This document shows, in pieces, positions 28,379 through 37,311 of a DNA stretch of 64,000 nt. The first letter of the stretch is position 1, and every line of letters starts with the position of its first letter. The notes beneath the pieces are model-generated. The model was given only the letters and a program-made list of their open reading frames with translations, did not search any database and was not told the DNA's origin. Position numbers and translations under genes: made by a program. Where the stretch lies: assembly GCA_031459875.1 (NCBI GenBank), contig JAVKHQ010000012.1, positions 1 through 64,000 of the forward strand, written 5' to 3'. The stretch is from Candidatus Fervidifonticultor sextus (GTDB lineage: Bacteria; Sysuimicrobiota; Sysuimicrobiia; Sysuimicrobiales; Humicultoraceae).

Positions 28379-29533
28379 ATGACCGCGATGCTGGCCAATC
28401 TCCAGGAGTGGTACCGCGACCGGCGGGCGAAGCTCGACCTGTTCGACGAGACCCTGGTCGCCCAGCAGGCGAATCCCCTCTACCTGCTGGGGCCGATGCT
28501 CTACTACTTCTGGATCGTCACCGTTGCCAGCGGCGTGATCCTCATGTTCTGGTACGAGCCGACGCCCACCGGCGCCTACAACTCGATCCTCCACATCCAG
28601 CACGAGGTGCCGCTGGGCTGGCTGTGGCGCGGGGTCCACAAGTACGCTGCCGACGGCGTGATCATCACCATCATCCTGCGGATCTACCGGATGTACTTCC
28701 TGGGCGAGTACAAGAAGCCCGGGGAACTTTCCTGGATCTGGGCGTTCGCCGGCCTGATCCTGGGCATGATCTCGGGCATTACCGGCTACCTCCTGATCTG
28801 GAACCAGCGGGCATTCTGGGCGGCGAAGACCGTGCTGACCGTCCCGGTCTACTTCGACGAGTTGACCGCGAAGATTCCGGTGATCGGCGAACGGTTCCAG
28901 CTGGGCTCCATGATCGCATACCTGTTCCTGGGCGGCCCGGCCGTCGGCGCGGCCACGTTGACCCGCTTCTACGCCCTGCACTTCGGCATCTCGCTGGTCC
29001 TGCTGATTGTGGCCGAGGTCTTCTACTACCGCACCCGCCGCCGGCGCCTCAACATGTCGCTGTTTCCCGTCCTGCTGTTCTCGGCGATGCTGGTTTTCAT
29101 CAGCTGGGCGCTGCCGGCCGAACTGGGCCGGCGGGCTGACCCCAACCGGACCCCGCTGCCGATCCTCTCGGACTGGTACTTCCTGGCCCTCTACCAGTAC
29201 GTGAAATACACGCCCCCGCTGTGGGCCGGGCTGGGCCCGGGCCTGTTGATCGGGTTCGGGATGCTGGTGCCCTTCCTGGATCGCAGCAAGGGTCGGCGGC
29301 CGCTGGAGCGCCCGTTCTTCTTCGTCGTCGGGCTGCTGGCGCTGGCGTACTTCCTGATCTTCACGACCCTCATCATGTTCAACATCGCGGTCATCGAGCG
29401 CGAGCCGCCCATCGTCCTGCTGGTCACCACGGTGGTCCTGCTGGCGGCGTTCATCTGGGAGGTGCGGTACCGCCGCCGTCAGGCTCAGGCAGCGGCGCCG
29501 CCGCCACATCCGGCGCGGGCCCCTGCCCACTGA
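28379..29533 (+). CDS. Cytochrome b subunit 1 (lacks both heme bH His ligands)
   Basis: RGVHKY, TGYLLIW, RFYALH, SDWYF. Confidence 0.92.
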   Translation: MTAMLANLQEWYRDRRAKLDLFDETLVAQQANPLYLLGPMLYYFWIVTVASGVILMFWYEPTPTGAYNSILHIQHEVPLGWLWRGVHKYAADGVIITIILRIYRMYFLGEYKKPGELSWIWAFAGLILGMISGITGYLLIWNQRAFWAAKTVLTVPVYFDELTAKIPVIGERFQLGSMIAYLFLGGPAVGAATLTRFYALHFGISLVLLIVAEVFYYRTRRRRLNMSLFPVLLFSAMLVFISWALPAELGRRADPNRTPLPILSDWYFLALYQYVKYTPPLWAGLGPGLLIGFGMLVPFLDRSKGRRPLERPFFFVVGLLALAYFLIFTTLIMFNIAVIEREPPIVLLVTTVVLLAAFIWEVRYRRRQAQAAAPPPHPARAPAH

Positions 29534-29539
29534 GGCGCC

Positions 29540-29818
29540 ATGCGGACGCTGCGCTCCTGGGCGGTGTTTGTGGCGGCGGTCGTCTCGTTCTCGCGGCTGT
29601 GGCAGGGGGTCCGCGCGGCGCTGGAGGGCGGGCGCCTCTATGGCCCGCTCGAGGCCCTGTTCTGGATGGGCCTGTTCCTGGGGAGCATGGGGTACCTGGC
29701 CTTTCTGATCTACGCAGCGGACCGGGCCGCCGGCCGCACGCGCCGGCCGATGCCGCTGTTCGACCGCCTGCTGGACCGCCGCACGGGAACCGGTGAGGTG
29801 GGGGCCCGTGGGCGCTGA
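29540..29818 (+). CDS. Small 2-TM membrane protein
   Basis: Inside the operon; two hydrophobic segments. Confidence 0.7.
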   Translation: MRTLRSWAVFVAAVVSFSRLWQGVRAALEGGRLYGPLEALFWMGLFLGSMGYLAFLIYAADRAAGRTRRPMPLFDRLLDRRTGTGEVGARGR

Positions 29819-30035
29819 ACGGGCGCGCTATGCCGCCGCCGTCTTTGTCCTGGCGGGCATCGGGGCGGCCTGCGCGGTGGTCATCGTCCTCGGCGAGATC
29901 CTGGGGGGCCCGCAGCGGCCCTGGTTCTGGCAGGCCGGCGGCGCGGCGCTGGGCCTGATCTTCGTGGTCTACGGCCTGATCCTGCTGTTGCTGCGGAAGA
30001 TGGGGCTGGTCGGCCCGCGGCGGGCCGAGCGCTAG
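29808..30035 (+). CDS. Small 2-TM membrane protein
   Basis: Overlaps previous ORF; two hydrophobic segments. Confidence 0.65.
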   Translation: MGAERARYAAAVFVLAGIGAACAVVIVLGEILGGPQRPWFWQAGGAALGLIFVVYGLILLLLRKMGLVGPRRAER

Positions 30036-30046
30036 GGGGGGGCGGC

Positions 30047-31204
30047 GTGTACCGGCGGACGCTTTCGGCCCTGCTGCGCTGGACCCTGCGGTTGGACGTG
30101 TTCGTCAACCGCGTCTGGCCGTCCGACCTGAACCCGCTGTACTACACTGGCGGACTCGCCAACCTGTTCCTGTTCATCCTGGTGCTCTCAGGCCTCTTCA
30201 TCTTCTTCTACTACGTGCCGAGCCTGGGAGGGGCGCACGCGTCGGTGGCCTACCTCACGGAGCAGGTGCCCTACGGCGGGTTGATCCGGGGTATCCACCG
30301 GTATGCGGCCGACGCGTTCATCGTGGCGGCGCTGCTGCACCTGTTCCGCAACTGGTTCACCGACCGCTACCTGTTCGCGCGGGACTCCCCGTGGATCTCC
30401 GGCATGTTCATGCTGCTGCTGGGCGGGTTCGTCGGCGCAACCGGCTACATCCTGGTGTGGGACGAGCGGGGGCTGGTCGTCCTCTCGGTCTTCGTCGACA
30501 TGCTGAAGTCCATCCCCGGTGCCGGCGACTTCCTGGCCGCCCTGCTGGTGGGCGGGTCGGGCCTCTCGGAGGGCACGTTGCCCCGCGTGCTGCTGCTGCA
30601 CGTGGGGCCGGCCTCGGCACTCTACCTCCTCCTCTGGTGGCACTACGTGCGGCTGCGCCACCCCAAGGTCTGGCCGCCCGCCACCTGGGTGCTGATCTCG
30701 CTGGGGGTCGTCACGCTGCTGGCCGCGCTGGTGCCCGCTGTCAGCGGCACGCCCGCCGTCCCGGGCGCTGCGCCCCGCGCCATGGCCGTCGATGTCTTCT
30801 TCCTGCTGCCGTTCTGGCTGGCCGGCTACCTGCCGTCCATCGTGATCGTCGGGGCGGTCGCCCTGCTGTTCGCGGGCGGTTTCGTGATCCCCTACGTCAG
30901 CCGCGAGTCCCCCCGGCAGATGGGCGTGCGGCACGCCGGGGTGGCCCAGGTGATCGACGGGAACTGCACCGGGTGCGAACTGTGCTACTACGACTGCCCG
31001 TACAACGCCATTGTCATGGTGCCCTCGCCCTACCCTGGGCTGACGCGGGCCGCGGCGAACCGGAAGCTGCTGGCTGTCGTGGTCGACTCCCGGTGCGTGG
31101 AGTGCGGCATCTGCATCGGCGCCTGCCCCTTCGAGGCGCTGGAACTGCCGGGGTTGCTGGAGGCCGACGTGCGGCGGCGGATTGCCGAGGCGGTGCGCGC
31201 ATGA
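30047..31204 (+). CDS. Cytochrome b subunit 2 fused to 2x[4Fe-4S] ferredoxin
   Basis: RGIHRYAAD..LLH, LLH..WWH; CTGCELCYYDCP and CVECGICIGACP. Confidence 0.92.
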   Translation: MYRRTLSALLRWTLRLDVFVNRVWPSDLNPLYYTGGLANLFLFILVLSGLFIFFYYVPSLGGAHASVAYLTEQVPYGGLIRGIHRYAADAFIVAALLHLFRNWFTDRYLFARDSPWISGMFMLLLGGFVGATGYILVWDERGLVVLSVFVDMLKSIPGAGDFLAALLVGGSGLSEGTLPRVLLLHVGPASALYLLLWWHYVRLRHPKVWPPATWVLISLGVVTLLAALVPAVSGTPAVPGAAPRAMAVDVFFLLPFWLAGYLPSIVIVGAVALLFAGGFVIPYVSRESPRQMGVRHAGVAQVIDGNCTGCELCYYDCPYNAIVMVPSPYPGLTRAAANRKLLAVVVDSRCVECGICIGACPFEALELPGLLEADVRRRIAEAVRA

Positions 31205-31683
31205 CGGACCCTGCCCCCCCACCCGGCGGGGGAGCGCCGCGCGTGGTGGGCTTCGTGTGCGACTGGGCGGTCTCCACGGCAGGCCTCACCGATGCCGCCG
31301 GCCGTCTGCTCGCCCATCCGTCGGTGGTGCTGATCCGCGTCCCCTGCTCGGGATTCATCCGGCCCTCGTGGCTGGAGGAGACGCTGCGGGATGGGGCGGA
31401 TGGAGTCTTCGTCGTGGGGTGTCCGTACGGCGACTGCCTCAACCGCGAGGGAAACTACCTCATGCGGGAGCGCATCGAGCAACTGCAGCGGCGGCTGCAG
31501 CGCCGGAAGGTCGAGCCGGAACGGCTGTCCATGCTGGCCCACGGCCTCCACGACCGAGAGGCGTTCCTGGCCGACGTCGGGGCGCTGGTGGAGGCGCTGG
31601 AGCGGCTGGGGCCCGCGGCCAGGCCCGTCCCGCTGCGGGCCGCGGTCCCGGCAGCGGCCCCCGCTGAGGAGGGGAAACCGTGA
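31201..31683 (+). CDS. MvhD/FlpD-like [2Fe-2S] subunit
   Basis: VGFVCDW, IRVPCSG, ADGVFVVGC..GDC..EGN. Confidence 0.88.
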   Translation: MTDPAPPPGGGAPRVVGFVCDWAVSTAGLTDAAGRLLAHPSVVLIRVPCSGFIRPSWLEETLRDGADGVFVVGCPYGDCLNREGNYLMRERIEQLQRRLQRRKVEPERLSMLAHGLHDREAFLADVGALVEALERLGPAARPVPLRAAVPAAAPAEEGKP

Positions 31684-31784
31684 AGCGCCCGCTGCGTGTA
31701 TGGGTCTCCTACATCCTCTTCTACCTGTTCTTCTTCATCCTGCTGCTGTTCGTGGCATCGTTCGGGCTCATCGCCGAAGCCTGA
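31680..31784 (+). CDS. 34-aa single-TM peptide
   Basis: Not in ORF track. GAGGAGG RBS, GTGA overlap; MKRPLRVWVSYILFYLFFFILLLFVASFGLIAEA. Confidence 0.65.
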   Translation: MKRPLRVWVSYILFYLFFFILLLFVASFGLIAEA

Positions 31785-31788
31785 CCCG

Positions 31789-32766
31789 GTGAGCACCGAC
31801 CTCGACCGGATCTACGCGCCCATCGCCGAGGATCTGCGTGCCCTGGGCGAGTTGCTGCGCCGCGAACTCGCCACCGACGACCCCTTCATCGGCGAACTGA
31901 TCGGTCACGTGCTGGGCAGCCGGGGCAAACTGGTCCGGCCGGCGCTGGCGCTGCTGTCGGCGGCGGCAGCCGGCGGTGCCGATGAACAGCGGCTGCACCT
32001 GGCCGGGACGGTCGAACTCATCCACATCGCGTCGCTCATCCACGACGACATCATTGACGCCGCGGACCTGCGGCGCGGGATGTCCACGGTCAACATGCTC
32101 TGGGGCAATCAGGTGGCCGTGCTGCTGGGCGACTACCTGTTTGCCACCGCCTTCGACCTGGTGAGCCGGATCCGTCATCCGGACGTGGCGCCGGCGATCG
32201 CCACGGCGGCGGTCGCCATGAGTCAGGCCGAGATCCAGGCCGTCCGCATCGGGGGCGAGCCTTACGAGGACGAGGCCACCTACTACAGCATCATCGAGGG
32301 GAAGACCGCGCGGCTCTTCGCGGCGGCGTGCCGGGCGGGGGCGCTGATCGCCGGCGCGCCGCCGGCGATCGCCGACGCCCTGGAGGCCTTCGGGCTGCAG
32401 TGGGGGATGTCGTTCCAGATCACCGACGACGCCCTGGACCTGACCGGCAACCGCCAGGAACTCGGCAAGCCCATCGGCAGCGACATCGACACCGGCCGGG
32501 TGACCCTGCCGGTCATCGTGGCCCTCCGTCAGGCCTCCGAGGCCGACCGGCAGCGCCTGTCGGCCCTGGTCCGCCACCCCTCCGGCGATGGGGCCCAGGA
32601 CGAACTGCGCGCGCTGGTGGACCGCTACGGCGGGCTCCGCGCGGCCCTGGAGTCGGCGCGCAGGTTCGCAGACCAAGCCCGCGTGGCGCTGACAGACCTG
32701 CCCCCGAGCCGGGCCAAGGACAGCCTCCAGGACCTGGCGGACTTCGTCCTGGTGCGGGCGCGTTAG
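31789..32766 (+). CDS. Long-chain polyprenyl diphosphate synthase
   Basis: GKLVRP, ASLIHDDIID, GKTA, FQITDDALD. Confidence 0.93.
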   Translation: MSTDLDRIYAPIAEDLRALGELLRRELATDDPFIGELIGHVLGSRGKLVRPALALLSAAAAGGADEQRLHLAGTVELIHIASLIHDDIIDAADLRRGMSTVNMLWGNQVAVLLGDYLFATAFDLVSRIRHPDVAPAIATAAVAMSQAEIQAVRIGGEPYEDEATYYSIIEGKTARLFAAACRAGALIAGAPPAIADALEAFGLQWGMSFQITDDALDLTGNRQELGKPIGSDIDTGRVTLPVIVALRQASEADRQRLSALVRHPSGDGAQDELRALVDRYGGLRAALESARRFADQARVALTDLPPSRAKDSLQDLADFVLVRAR

Positions 32767-32770
32767 GAGC

Positions 32771-34540
32771 GTGAGCCTCCTCTCAGAACGGACCTGGCTG
32801 CTCAACGTTGTCGCGCTGGGCGTCGGCGCGCACCTGGCGGTCACTCTTTTCCTCCTGCTGCGCTACCTGGACACCCGCGTGCCGATGGCGGCGTGGTGGG
32901 CTGCCGCCTACGGCCTGCTCACGGCCCACGAGGTGGTGGAGGTCGCCCTGGCGGGTCCGGCCACGCCAGGCTGGATGATCGCCCGCCACCTGTTGATCCT
33001 GGGGGCCGCGCTCCTGCTGTTTGGCGCCTTTCCCGACCACCGGCGATGGCTCCCCGTCGCCGCGCTGGCCGCGGCGCTGGCCGCCGGATCGGCCTGGCCG
33101 CTGGTGACCGCTGGCCTGGCATGGCCGTGGGCGGCGCTTGGGGCCTCGGTGCTGACCGGCGCGTTGTTCCTGGCCGCGGCCCGAGCCTACCACCGGCAGG
33201 TCGCCGACCGCCTCGATCCGGCAACCTGGCTGGTGACCTCTGCCCTGGCACTGACCGGGCTGCTCGCCCTCGGGTACCCGTTCCTGCGCCCCCAGCAGTG
33301 GGGGAGCTTTATCGGCGCCCTGTTCTCGGGCGGGTTCACGCTGATGCTCGGCGTCGGCCTGATCCTCCGTACCTGGCATGACACCCGCGAGGCGGAACTG
33401 CTGAACGCCATCGCCGTCGTCCTGAACAAGACCATGAACGTGCGCGATGCCCTGGGGGAGGCGCTGCGCCTGGTGGCCTCATTGCTGGGGATCGAGAGCG
33501 GATGGGTTTTCCTCCGCCGAGGCGGCCAATACGCGCTGGCGGCGTCCCACGGACTGCCGGTCCCGCTGGCCGCCGACGGCGGCGCCCGCATGGAGGGAGA
33601 CTGCCGGTGCCTGCGATTGCTGGCCGGGGGCGAACTGCCCCTGGCCGTCAACATCCTGGATTGCCAGCGCATGGCCGACGCTGGCCTGCTGCACGCCCGT
33701 CACGCCAGCGTGCCGCTGCGGGCCAGCACCTCCACCGTCGGGCTGATGAACCTGGTCCTGCCCGGGGGGCGGCCCGTGGAGGAGCGCCGGCTGCAGATGC
33801 TGTCCGCGGTGGGCCACCAGATCGGACTGGCGATCGAGCGCGGGCTGCTGTTCGAGGAGGTGGTGGCCAAGGAGCGGACGCGAGGCCAGCTCATCGAGAA
33901 ACTCCTCACCGCCCACGAGGACGAACGGCGCCGCATCGCCCGCGAGCTCCACGACGAGGCCGGCCAGGCCCTGACCGCTCTGATCGTGAACCTGGAACTG
34001 GCCGCCCAGGAGACCGACCCGCACCGCCTCCGGGCGCAACTGGGGCAACTGCGGGAACTGGCCGAACGGACCCTGGGCGAGATCCGGCGCCTCATCTATG
34101 ACCTGCGCCCGTCCATCCTGGACGACCTGGGCCTGGTCGCCGCCCTGCGCTGGTACGCCAAGAACCTCCTCGATCCGCGGGGGATCGCCTGGTCTCTCTC
34201 GGTCAACGGAATGAGCGGCCGGCTGCCGGTGGGGCTGGAAACCGTGGTCTTCCGCGTGGTCCAGGAGGCGCTGACGAACGTGGTCCGGCACGCCGAGGCT
34301 TCCCAGGTCACGGTGGACCTGACGGTGGCCGGGAGGGAGCTGCGCGTCCGCATTGAAGACAACGGCCGGGGTTTCGATCCCGGCAGGCCCCGCCCGGCCG
34401 GCCGCGGCGGAGGGTACGGCCTGCTGGGGATGCAGGAACGGGTAGAATTAGTAGGGGGCCGATGGGAGGTCCAGTCCACGCCCGGCGTCGGAACCGTCGT
34501 CGCCGCGACCCTGCCGATTCGCGACGAGGGGGCGGCATGA
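32771..34540 (+). CDS. Membrane sensor histidine kinase (GAF + HisKA_3)
   Basis: Multi-TM N-terminus; GAF with CRC..C; ERRRIARELHDE, QEALTN, DNGRGF. Confidence 0.93.
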   Translation: MSLLSERTWLLNVVALGVGAHLAVTLFLLLRYLDTRVPMAAWWAAAYGLLTAHEVVEVALAGPATPGWMIARHLLILGAALLLFGAFPDHRRWLPVAALAAALAAGSAWPLVTAGLAWPWAALGASVLTGALFLAAARAYHRQVADRLDPATWLVTSALALTGLLALGYPFLRPQQWGSFIGALFSGGFTLMLGVGLILRTWHDTREAELLNAIAVVLNKTMNVRDALGEALRLVASLLGIESGWVFLRRGGQYALAASHGLPVPLAADGGARMEGDCRCLRLLAGGELPLAVNILDCQRMADAGLLHARHASVPLRASTSTVGLMNLVLPGGRPVEERRLQMLSAVGHQIGLAIERGLLFEEVVAKERTRGQLIEKLLTAHEDERRRIARELHDEAGQALTALIVNLELAAQETDPHRLRAQLGQLRELAERTLGEIRRLIYDLRPSILDDLGLVAALRWYAKNLLDPRGIAWSLSVNGMSGRLPVGLETVVFRVVQEALTNVVRHAEASQVTVDLTVAGRELRVRIEDNGRGFDPGRPRPAGRGGGYGLLGMQERVELVGGRWEVQSTPGVGTVVAATLPIRDEGAA

Positions 34541-35193
34541 AGAAGATCCGCGTGCTCATCGTCGACGACCACGCCATCGTCCGCGAGGGCGTGCGCATGA
34601 TCCTCTCCGCCCACCCGGAGATCCAGGTAGTCGGCGAGGCCGGGACCGGTGAGCAGGCCGTGGCGATGGCCCAGACGCTGCGCCCCGACGTGGTCATCAT
34701 GGACATCAGCATGCCCGGGATGAACGGGATCGAGGCCACGCAGCAGATCCGCGCCAGGGTCCCGGAGACCAGTGTGCTGGCGCTGACGATGCACGAGGAT
34801 GACCACTATGTGTTCCAGCTGCTGCGGGCTGGCGCCTCGGGCTACGTGCTCAAGCGCGCGGCGGCCACCGATCTGGTCGACGCCGTGCGGGCGGCCAGCC
34901 GGGGCGAGGCGTTCCTCTACCCGTCGGTGGCCAAGAGCGTGGTCCAGGACTACCTCCGGCGGCTCGAGCGGGGCGAGGCCGAGCGCAAGCCCTACGACGG
35001 GCTCACCGAGCGGGAGCGGGAGGTCCTCACCCTCATCGCCGACGGGCACACCAACCAGGAAATCGCCAACCGCCTCTTCATCAGCATCAAAACCGTCCAG
35101 ACCCACCGGGCGCACATCTTCGAGAAACTCGGCCTGCACGACCGGACCGAACTGGTGCGCTACGCCATCCGGGTGGGGTTGATCGAGCCGTAG
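34537..35193 (+). CDS. NarL/LuxR-family response regulator
   Basis: VDDH, MDISMP, LTEREREVL HTH. Confidence 0.95.
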   Translation: MKKIRVLIVDDHAIVREGVRMILSAHPEIQVVGEAGTGEQAVAMAQTLRPDVVIMDISMPGMNGIEATQQIRARVPETSVLALTMHEDDHYVFQLLRAGASGYVLKRAAATDLVDAVRAASRGEAFLYPSVAKSVVQDYLRRLERGEAERKPYDGLTEREREVLTLIADGHTNQEIANRLFISIKTVQTHRAHIFEKLGLHDRTELVRYAIRVGLIEP

Positions 35194-35201
35194 GGGGGCG
35201 T

Positions 35202-36278
35202 ATGACCTTCGCCTGTTCCGGACATCCGCGCAGCGCCCGGCAGCGCTGGTTCATCGAGGGGCTCCGGCGGGTGTTGCGCGCCCACGATCTGGAAGAGACC
35301 GGTCCCGACCGCGCGCCCAGGATCGTCCTCCACCTGGCCGACCGCATGGCGCCCCGGCCGTTCCGCCGCCGGGCGCAGGCGACCTTTGTCGTGGGCATCG
35401 TCGAGGGCCCGATCCCCGAGGGTCCCGTGCTCGCGGCCCTCTACCCGCTGCTGGTGCGCACCCTGGCCAACATGCTGCTCTACCTGACCGACGGCAGTGG
35501 GAGCCCGCTGGCCTACGTGGTGACCCTGGAGCAGGGCTACTTCACGATTCAGGAGCGCGAGGACGGCGTCTTCTTCGAGCAGGTCTTCGAGCGGCTCTAC
35601 CCGCTGGCCTCGGCGCAACTGGTCATCAACAATGAGTTCCACGCCGACCTGGAACCCGAGCTGTGGGGAGGCGACCGCCTGACCGAGGCGCTGGCCGCCG
35701 CCGGCCGGCGGCTGGACGAGCTGCACCTGCTGCCGACCCCGTTTCCCATCGAGGAGCTGTTGGGCCCGCGGGAACTGGCGCACGTGCGGCGCCTGTTCGG
35801 GATCGGGGGCCTGTCCTACGGGAACCTGAGCGTCCGCAAGGACCCCCGCCGGTTCTGGATGAGCGCCAGCGGGGTCAACAAGGGCGCCATGAAGACCGTA
35901 GGGCGGGACATCCTCATGGTGAAGGGCTACGACCCCGGCCGCAACGTCATCCTGCTGTCGGTCCCGCCGAACCTCGAGCCGCGCCGGGTGTCGGTGGACG
36001 CCATCGAGCACTGGATGATCTACACCGAGCACCCCGGGGTCGGCGCCATCATCCACGTCCATGCGTGGATGGACGGTATTCCTTCGACCCAGATCCAGTA
36101 CCCGTGCGGCACGCTGCAACTCGCGCAGGCCGTCGCCGATCTCGTGCGGGCGGCGCCGGATCCCACCCGGGCGGTCATCGGCCAGCGCAACCACGGGCTG
36201 ACGATCACCGGCCCCACCCTCGAGGACATCCTGGAGCGGATCGACGGACGGCTGCTGCCCCGCGTGCCGATGGTGTAG
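35202..36278 (+). CDS. Class II aldolase/adducin family protein with N-terminal extension
   Basis: YGNLSVR, SASG, SVDAIEH, IHVH, NHG. Confidence 0.85.
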   Translation: MTFACSGHPRSARQRWFIEGLRRVLRAHDLEETGPDRAPRIVLHLADRMAPRPFRRRAQATFVVGIVEGPIPEGPVLAALYPLLVRTLANMLLYLTDGSGSPLAYVVTLEQGYFTIQEREDGVFFEQVFERLYPLASAQLVINNEFHADLEPELWGGDRLTEALAAAGRRLDELHLLPTPFPIEELLGPRELAHVRRLFGIGGLSYGNLSVRKDPRRFWMSASGVNKGAMKTVGRDILMVKGYDPGRNVILLSVPPNLEPRRVSVDAIEHWMIYTEHPGVGAIIHVHAWMDGIPSTQIQYPCGTLQLAQAVADLVRAAPDPTRAVIGQRNHGLTITGPTLEDILERIDGRLLPRVPMV

Positions 36279-36305
36279 GCCGATCGGCCAGGAGGCCCGA
36301 GAGGA

Positions 36306-37115
36306 CTACTGGCCCGCGCGCCAGCGGTGGGGGCGGTGGCAGACGGTGCACGGCGTGGTCTTCAGCACCTCCGCCGGGTGGATCTGCGGCTTCGGGCGCT
36401 CGTGGCACGTCGTGCACACCACGACGGGTCGGGCCTGTTCGTGCGGCCGGTGACACTGGCTGCAGGCGAACTGCATCGGGGCATCGGGAGGCCACGACCC
36501 GACCTCGCGCGGGATGAGCCGGTGACACTCGAGGCAGGTCTGTCGGCCCGGACGCAGCGGCGTCTCGGCCCGCAGGAACTCATGGCAGTCCACGCAGTGC
36601 TGGTCGGCCATGGCCCGAATCTTGATGGCCCGTTCACCGCGGGTCTGGGCCACGTGGCAGGTCCCGCAGATCTCGGTGGGCGGGGTGAAGCGGTGGATGC
36701 TGGGCGCATGGCAGACCACGCACTGGATCTGGCGCTGCTGCGCGTGGATCCGGTGCCCGGCGGTGGCCGCCACCTGCCGCCACCGGGGATCGCCGCTCTC
36801 ATGGCAGCGGGCGCAGACTTCCTTGGGGACCACGGCGTGCCGGCCGACCCGCTGCGGCTGACGGACCACAAACGTGATGACCTGCCGGGCGCTCTCGACG
36901 ATGCTCGCCTCGTGACAGGCGTGGCAGTCCACCGTCCGGTGCTCGCTGGTCCGCCAGCGGTCCCAGGCCGGTTCCATGATGTGGCAGGACCGACAGAAGG
37001 CGGGGTCGTTCATGGTGTAATCCACCCCGCGCGCGACCCCGTAGACGGCGGCCGCCAGCAGGCCCAGACCCAACACCACGGCTCCGGCGGCCACCGGGCG
37101 CGGCCAGGCCCGCAT
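36306..37115 (-). CDS. Membrane-anchored decaheme cytochrome c (NapC/NirT-like N-terminus)
   Basis: 10 CxxCH; TM followed by PAFCRSCHIM; start 37115 or 37148. Confidence 0.9.
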   Translation of the reverse strand: MRAWPRPVAAGAVVLGLGLLAAAVYGVARGVDYTMNDPAFCRSCHIMEPAWDRWRTSEHRTVDCHACHEASIVESARQVITFVVRQPQRVGRHAVVPKEVCARCHESGDPRWRQVAATAGHRIHAQQRQIQCVVCHAPSIHRFTPPTEICGTCHVAQTRGERAIKIRAMADQHCVDCHEFLRAETPLRPGRQTCLECHRLIPREVGSWPPDAPMQFACSQCHRPHEQARPVVVCTTCHERPKPQIHPAEVLKTTPCTVCHRPHRWRAGQ

Positions 37116-37311
37116 GCGCTGGGACAGCGCGCGCAGCCACGTGCGCACCCGCCTCAGGGTTGCACCTCGGGAGCGATGGATCGGAGCATCAGGTCAACCG
37201 GACGCAGGATGCCGGATGGGGGATTTCCCTGCCTCCAGGCCAAACCCTGCCGGCCTGCCCGCACCCCGGGCGCCCGACGCTGCGCGGTGCCGCCTGGGAT
37301 CGCCTAGGGTC

